NCBI RefSeq assembly: GCF_009914755.1
Contig: NC_060934.1
Source: the human T2T-CHM13v2.0 reference genome, Homo sapiens
DNA: 64,000 bases
Reading direction: 5' to 3' (one strand)
Numbering within the stretch: the first letter of the stretch is position 1; the number at the start of each line of letters is the position of its first letter. The notes beneath the pieces were generated by a model that had not been told where the DNA came from, searched no databases, and saw only the letters and a list, made by a program, of their open reading frames with translations. A program made the translations under genes and the position numbers. Below are positions 56,201 through 64,000 of this stretch, piece after piece.

Positions 56201-59200
56201 CAGAAAGTTCTTTGTGATGTGTGCATTCAACTCACAGAGGTGAACCTTTCTTTTCATAGAGCAGTTTTGAAACACTCTTTTTGCTGAATTTGCTAGCGTA
56301 TATTTGGACCGCTTAGAGGTGTTCGTTGGAAACGGGATATCTTCACATAAAACTAGACAGAAGCATTCTCAGAAACTTCTTTGTGATGAGTGCATTCAAC
56401 TCACAGAGATGAACCTTACTCTTGATGGGGCAGATTAGAAACACTCTTTTTGTGGTATCTGCAAGTGGACATTTGGAGTGCTTTGAGGGCTATGGTGAAA
56501 AAGGAAATATCTTCACATAAAAAATAGACAGAAGCTTTTTCAGAAACTTCTTCATGATGAGTGAATTCAGCCCAAAGAGTTGAATCTTTCTTTTAATAGA
56601 GCAGTTTTGAAACACTCTTTTTGTGGAATCTACAAGTGGACATTTAGAGGGCTTTGAGGCCTATAGTGAAAAAGGGAATATCTTCACATAAAAACTACAC
56701 AGAAGTATTCTCAGAAATTTCTTGTGATGCGTGCATTCATCCCACAGAGTTGAACCTTTCTTTTGATAGAGCAGTTTTGAAACACTCTTTTTGTAGAATC
56801 TGCAAGTGGACATTTGGAGAGCTTTGAGGTCTATGGTGAAAAAGGAAATATCTTCACTTAAAAACTACACAGAAGCATTCTCAGAAACTTCCTTGTGACG
56901 TTTGCTTTCAACTCACAGAGGTGAACATTAATTTTCCTACAGCAGTTTTCAAACACTCTTTTTGTAGTATTTACATGTGGATATTTGGAACACTTTGAGG
57001 CCTTCATTGGAAACGGGATATCTTCACATAAAAACTAGACAGAAGCATACACAGAGACTTCTTTGTGAAGTGTGCATCCAACTCACAGAGTTGAACCTTT
57101 CTTTTAATAGAGCCGTTTTGAAACACTCTTTTTATAGAATCTGCAAGTGGACATTTGAGCACTTTGAGGCCTGTGGTGAAAAAGGAAATATCTTCACATA
57201 AACACCACACAGAAGCATTCTCTGAAATTTCTTTGTCATGTTTGCTTTCAAATCACAGAGTTGAATATTCCTTTTCATAGAGTAGTTTTGAAACACTCTT
57301 TTGTAGAATTTGCAAGTGGATATTTGGACTACTTTAATGCCTTCATTGGAAACGGGATATCTTCACATAAAAACCAGACAGAAGGATTCTCAGAAACTCC
57401 TTAGTGATGTGAGCATTCAACTCACAGAATTGAGCCTTTCTTTTGATAGAGCAGTTTTGAAGCACTCTTTTTTTAGAATCTGCAATTGGACATTTGGATC
57501 GCTTGGAGGCCTATTGTGAAAATGAAAATATCTTCACATAAAAACTGCCCAGAAGCATTCTCAGAAACTTGTTTGTGGTGTTTGCTTTCAACTCACAGAG
57601 TTGAACATTCTTTTCATAGAGCAGTTTTGCAACCCTCTTTTTGTGGAATTTGCAAGTCAGTATCTGTACCAGTTTGAGGCCTTCTTTGGAAAAGGAATAC
57701 CGTCACATAAAAACTAGACAGAATCATTGACAGAAACGACTTTGTGATGTATGCATTTAACTCACAGAGTTGAACCTTTCTTTTAATAGAGCAGTTTTGT
57801 AACACTCTTTTTGTAGAATCTGCAAGTGGACATTTGGAGTGCTTTGAGGCCAATGGAGAAAAAAGAAATCTCTTTACATAAAAACTACACAGAAGCATTC
57901 TCAGAAACTTTTTTGTGATGTTCGCATTCAACTTAGAGTTGAAACTTTCTTTTGATAGAGCAGTTTTGAAGCACTCTTTTTGTAGAATCTGCAAGGGGAC
58001 ATTTGGAGTGCTTGGAGGCCTGTGGTGAAAAAGGAAATATCTTCACATAAAAACTACACAGAAGCATTTCCAGAAACTTCTTTGTAATGAGTGCATTCAA
58101 CTCAGAGAGTTGAATCTTTCTTTTGATAGAGGAGTTTTGAAACTCTCTTTTTGTAGAATCTGCAAGTGGACATTTAGAGTGCCTTGAGGCCTATAGTGAA
58201 AAAGGGAATATCTTCACATAAAAACTACACAGAAGTATTCTCAGAAACTTATTTGTGATGCTTGCATTCAACTCACAGAGTTGAACCTTTCTTTTGATAG
58301 AGCAGTTTTGAAGCACTCTTTTTGTAGAATCTGCAAGTGGACATTTGGAGCACTTGGAGGCCTTTGGTGAAAAAGGAAATACCTTCACTTAAAAACTACA
58401 CAGAAGCATTTCCAGAAACTTCTTTGTGATGAGTGCATTCAACTCACAGAGTTGAATCTTTCTTTTGATAGAGCAGTTTTGAAACTCTCTTTTTGTAGAA
58501 TCTGCAAGTGGACATTTAGAGTGCCTTGAGGCCTATAGTGATAAAGGTAATATCTTCACATAAAAACTACACAGAAGTATTTTCAGAAACTTCTTTGTGA
58601 TGTGTGAATTCAACTCACAGAGTTGAACCTTTCCTTTGATAGAGCAGTTTTGAAACACTCTTTTTGTAGAATCTGCAAGTGAACATTTGGAGAGCTTTGA
58701 GGTCTATAGTGAAAAAGGAAATATCTTCACTTAAAAAATACACAGAAGCATTCTCAAAAACTACTTTGTGACTTTTGCTTTCAAGTCACAGAGTAGAACA
58801 CTAATTTTCACACAACAGTTTTGAAACACTATTTTTGTAGTGTTTGCATATGGATATTTGGAACACTTTAAGGCCTGCATTGGAAATGGGATATCTTCAC
58901 ATAAAAACTAGACAGAAGCATTCAGAGAAACTTATTTGTGATGTGTGCATTCAACTCACAGAGTTGTACGTTTCTTTTGATAGAGCAGTTTTGTAACACT
59001 CTTTTTGTAGAATCTGCAAGTGGACATTTGGAGTGCTTTGAGGCCAATGGAGAAAAACGAAATAGCTTCACCTAAAAACTACACAGAAGCATTCTCAGAA
59101 ACTTCTTTGTGATGTGTGCATTCATCTCACAGAGTTGAACCTTTCTTTTCATAGAGTGGTTTTGAAACACTTTTTGCTGAATTTGCTGGTGTATATTTGG

Positions 59201-60990
59201 ACCGCTTAGAGGTCTTCGTTGGAAACAAGATATCTTCACATAAAACCTTGATAGAAGCATTCTCAGAAACTTCTTTGTGTTGTGAGCATTCAACTCACAG
59301 AGTTGAATCTTTCTCTTGATAGAGAAGTTTTGAAACACTCTTTTTGTAGAATCTGCAAGTGGACATTTGGAACGCTTGGAGGCCTATGGTGAAAAAGGAA
59401 ATATCTTCATATAAAAACTGCACAGAAGTATTCTCAGAAACTTGCTTGTGCTGTTTGCTTTCAACTCACATAGTTGAACATTCCTTTTCATGGGGCAGTT
59501 TTGAAACACTCTTTTTGTGGAAATTGCAAGTCGATATTTGTACCACTCTGAGGCCTTTGTTGGAAAAGGAATACCATCACAAAAAAACTAGACAGAAGCA
59601 TTGAAAGAAACTTCTTTGTGATGTATGCATTCAACTTACAGAGTTGAACCTTTCTTTTGATATAGCAGTTTTGTAACACTCTTTTTCTAGAATCTGCAAG
59701 TAGACATTTGGAGCGCTTTGAGGCCTATGGAGAAAAATGAAATCTCTTCACATAATAACTACATAGAAGCATTCTCAGAAACTTCTTTGTGATGTGTGCA
59801 TTCAACTCACAGAGTTGAACTTTTCTTTTCATAGAGTAGTTTTGAAACACTGTTTTTGCTGAATTTGCTACTCTATATTTGGACGGCTTAGAGACCTTCG
59901 TTTGAAAGGGGATATCTTGACATAAAAAGTAGACAGAAGCATTCTCAGAAACTTCTTTGGGATGTGAGCATTCAACTCACAGAGTTGAACCTTTCTTTTG
60001 ATAGAGCAGTTTTGAAAGACTCTTTTTGTAGTATCTGCAAGTGGACATTTGGGGCGCTTTGAGGCCTATGGTGAACAAGGAAATATCTTCACTTAAAAAT
60101 TAGACAGAAGCATTTTCAGAAACTTCTTTGTGATGAATGCATTCAACTCACAGAGTTGAACCTTTCTTTTGATAGAGCAGTTTTGTAACACCCTTTTTGT
60201 AAAATCTGCATGTGGACATTTGGAGTGCTTTGAGGCCAATGGAGAAAAACGAAATCTCTTCCTTTAAAAACTACACAGAAGCATTCTCAGAAACTTGTTG
60301 GTGATGAGTGCATTCAACTCACAGAGTTGAACCTTTCTTTTCATAGAGCAGCTATGAAACACTCTTTTTGCTGAATTTGCCACTGTATATTTGGAAAGCT
60401 TAGAGGCCTTCGTTGGAAATGGGATATCTTCACATAAAAACTAGACAGAAGCATTCTCAGAAACTTCTTTGTGATGTGTGCATTCAAGTTACAGAGATGA
60501 TCCTTTCTTTTGATAGACCAGTTTTGAAACACTCTTTTTGTAGAATCTGCAAGTGGACATTTGGAGCACTTTGAGGACTATGGTGAAAAAAGAAATATCT
60601 TCCCATAAAAGCTAGACAGAAGCATTACTAGAAACTTCTTTGTGATGAGTGCATTCAACTCACAGAGTTGAATCTTTCTTTTGATAGAGCAGTTTTGAGA
60701 CACTCTTTTTGTAGAATCTGCAAGTTGGCATTTAGAGTGCTCTGAGGGCTATGGTGAAAAAGGTAATATCTTCACATAAAAACTACACAAAAGTATTCTC
60801 AGAAACTTCTTTGTGACGTTTGCCTTCAACTCACAGAGTTGAACGCTAATTTTCCTACAGCAGTTTTGAAACACTCTTTTTGCAGAGTTTGCATGTGAAT
60901 ATTTGGAACACTTTGAGGCCTTCATTGGAAACGGGATATCTTCACATAAAAACTACACAGAAGCATTCACAGAGACTTCTTTGTGAAGTG
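47251..60990 (+). repeat. Alpha-satellite, distinct layer with degenerate higher-order structure
   Basis: Recurrent monomer classes (ggtgaaaaagg, ggagaaaaacgaaatctc, ctgaatttgctagtgtatat, aattttcctacagc, tgtacca...ggaatacc) in a semi-conserved order; intact CENP-B boxes at 51391, 51903 and 56321. Confidence 0.85.
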
Positions 60991-63900
60991 TGCGTTCAAC
61001 TCACAGATTTTAACCTTTCCTTGTATATAGCAGTTTTTAAACACTCTGTTTGTAAGTCTGCATCTTTATATTTGGAGCGCTTTGTGGTTTTCTTTGGAAA
61101 CGGGAATATCTTCACATAAAAAGTAGACAGAAATATTCTCAGAAACTTCTTTGTGATGTCTGCAGTCAACTCACAGAGTTGAACCTTACTTTTGATAAAG
61201 CAGTTTTTGAACATTCTTTTTGTAGAATTTTCAGGTGGATATTTAGAGCGCCTTGGGGCGAACAGTAGAAAAGGAAATATCTTCCTAGAAAAAAAACACA
61301 GAAGCATTCTCAGAAACAAATTTGTGATGTTTGCATTCAACTCACAGAGTTGAACATTCCTTTTGATAGAGCAGTTTTGTAACACTCTTCTTGTAGAATC
61401 TGGGAGTGGATATTTGGACCTCTTTTAGGCCTTCATTGGAACCGGGAATTTGTTCAAAAAAAACTATACAGAAGAAATCTCAGAAACTTCTTTGTGATAT
61501 GCGCATTCAATTCACAGAGTTGAACGTTCCTTTCTATAGAGCACTTTTGAAACACTCTTTCTGTAGAACTTCCAAGTACATAATTAGGGCGCTTAGAGGC
61601 CTATGGTGGAAAAGGAAATATCTTCATATAAAAACTAGACAGAATCATTCTCAGAAACTACTTTGTGATGGGCGCGTTTAACTCACTGAGTTTAACCTTA
61701 CTTTTGATAGGGCAGTTTTGAAACACTCTTTTTGTAGAATTTGCTAGTGTGTATTTAGAGCACTTTGAGGCCTATGGTAGAAAAGGAAACATCTTCACAT
61801 AAAAAACTAGACAGAAGCATTCCCAGAAACTACTTTGTGATGTTTGCATAGAACTGACAGAGTTGAACACCGCTCTTGATAGAGCATTTTTGAAACACTC
61901 TTTTTGTAGAATCCATAAGTGGATATTTGGAACTCTTTGAGGCCTTCGTTGGAAATGGGATTTCTTCAAATAAAACTAGACAGAAGAATTCTCAGAAACT
62001 TCTTTGTGATGTGTGAGTTCAACTCACAGAGTAGAATCTTCCTTTTGATACAGCAGATTTGGAAACACTCTTTTTGAAGAATTTCCAAGTGGATATTTAG
62101 AGTGCTTTGAATCCTATGGTAGAAAGGGAAATATCTTCATATAAAAACTAGACAGAATCACTCCCAGAAACTACTTTGTGATGTGTGCGTTCAACTCACA
62201 GAGTCTAACCTTTTTTTTGATAGAGCAGTTTTGAAACACTCTGTTTGTAAAGTCTGCATCTGGATATTTGGATCGCTTTGAGGTTTTCTTTGGAAACTGG
62301 AATATCTTCACATAAAAAGTAGACAGAAGTATTCTCAGAATCTTATTTGTGATGTCTGTACTCAACTCACAGAGATGAAACTTCCTTTTGATAGAGCAGT
62401 TTTGAAACACTCTTTTTGTATAATTTGCAAGTGGATATTTAGAGCGCTTTGGGTCCTGTGGTAGAAAAGGAAATATGTTCGTAGAAAAACTACACAGAAG
62501 CATTCTCAGAAACTACTTTGTGACGTGTGCATTCAAATCACTGAGTTTAAACTTTCTTTTGATAGAGCAGTTTGTAACACTCTTTTTGTAGAATTTGCAA
62601 GTGAGTATTTAGAGCGCTTTGAGGCCTGTGATAGAAAAGGAAATATCTTCAAATAAAAACTAGATAGAAGCATTCTCAGAAACTACTTTGTGATGTTTGC
62701 TTTTAACTCACACAGTTGAACATTCCTCTTGATAGAGCAGTTTTGGAAAACTCTGATTGTAAATTCTGCAAGTGGATATTTGGAGCACTTTGAGGACTTC
62801 TTTGGAAACGGGAGTACCTTCACATAAAAAGTAGACAGAAGTATTCTCAGAAACTTCCTTGTGACGTCTGCACTCAACTCACAGAGTTGAACCTTCCTTT
62901 TAATAGAGCAGTTTTGAAGCACTCTTTTTGTAGAATTTGAAAGTGGATATTTAGAGCACTTTGGGGCCTATGGTAGAAAAGGAAATATCTTCATAGAAAA
63001 AATACATGGAAGCATTCTCAGAAACTACTTTGTGATGTTTGCATTCAACTCACAGAGTTGAACATCCTTTTGATAGAGCAGTTTTGAAACACTCTTTTTG
63101 TAGAATCTGCAAGTGGATATTTGGACCTCTTTGAGGACTTCGTTGGAACCAAGAATTTCTTCATAAAAAAACAAGACAGAATAATTCTCAGAAACTTTTT
63201 TGTGATGTGTGCATTCAACTCACAGAGTTGAACTTTCCTTTCAATAGAGCAGTTTTGAAACACTCTTTTTGTAGAATTTCCAAGTGGATATTTAGGACGC
63301 TTAGAGGCCTATGTTAGAAAATAAAATATCTTCATATAAAAACTAGACAGAATCATTCTCAGAAACTAATTTGTGATGTGCACGTTCAACTCACTGACTT
63401 TAACCTTTCTTTTGAAAGAGCTGTTTTGAAACACTGTTTTTGTAGAATTTGCAAGTGTGAATTTAGAGCGCTTTTAGGCCTATGGTAGAAAAGGAAATAT
63501 CTTCACAGAAAAACTAGACAGAAGCATTGTCAGAAGCTACTTTCTGATGTTTACATTTTAACTCACAGAGTTGAACATTCCTCTTGACAGAGCAGTTTTT
63601 AAACACTCTTTTTGTAGTATCTGTAAGTGGATACTTCGACCTCTTTGAGGCCTTCGTTGGAAACGGGATTTCTTCATATAAAACTAGACTGACAATTTCT
63701 CAGAAACTTCTTTTGGATGTGTGCATTCAACTGACAGAATTGAAACTTCCTTTTGATAGAGCAGATTTCAAACACTCTTTTTGTAGAATTTCCAAGTGGA
63801 TATTTAGAGCGCTTTGAATCCTGTGGTAGAAAAGGAAATATCTTCATATAAAAACTAGACAGAATCATTCCCAGAAACTAGTTTGTGATGTGTGCGTTAA

Positions 63901-64000
63901 ACTCACAGACTTTAAACTTTCTTTGGATAGAGCAGTTTTGAAACACTCTGTTTGTAAAGTCTGCAATTGAATATTTGGAGCGCTTTGAGGCCTTCTTTGG
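60991..64000 (+). repeat. Alpha-satellite, SF1/SF01-like divergent HOR layer
   Basis: J-type motifs ctctgtttgtaaagtctgca, ggaaacgggatttcttca, agaatcattc, gtgcgttcaac; similarity at an offset of about 1708 bp; CENP-B box at 63652. Confidence 0.75.

Overview
Human pericentromeric DNA. About 56 kb is ~171-bp alpha-satellite, interrupted by three LINE-1 insertions. The satellite is layered. An A-box-only, SF4-like monomeric layer (1 to ~10.9 kb) switches strand across a 1.4-kb L1PA3-like fragment (3278-4677). A mixed A/B-box, SF5-like monomeric layer follows (~10.9-47.2 kb), full of local block duplications. Next come a degenerate HOR-like layer (~47.2-61.0 kb) and an SF1/SF01-like divergent HOR layer (~61.0-64 kb). 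A near-full-length L1HS (21152-27160, + strand, 15-bp TSD, Ta-0-type diagnostics) has an open 1275-aa ORF2, an ORF1 broken by two nonsense codons, an intact ORF0 and a ~23-nt 5' truncation that removes the YY1 site. The many short ORFs in the satellite are artefacts. I found no host gene and no convincing new biological system. The notable items are structural or evolutionary: an L1 at the strand switch, an unusual inverted L1, the YY1-less L1HS and nascent or dead HOR structure. Subfamily and suprachromosomal-family labels come from recalled consensus motifs, not from a database search.
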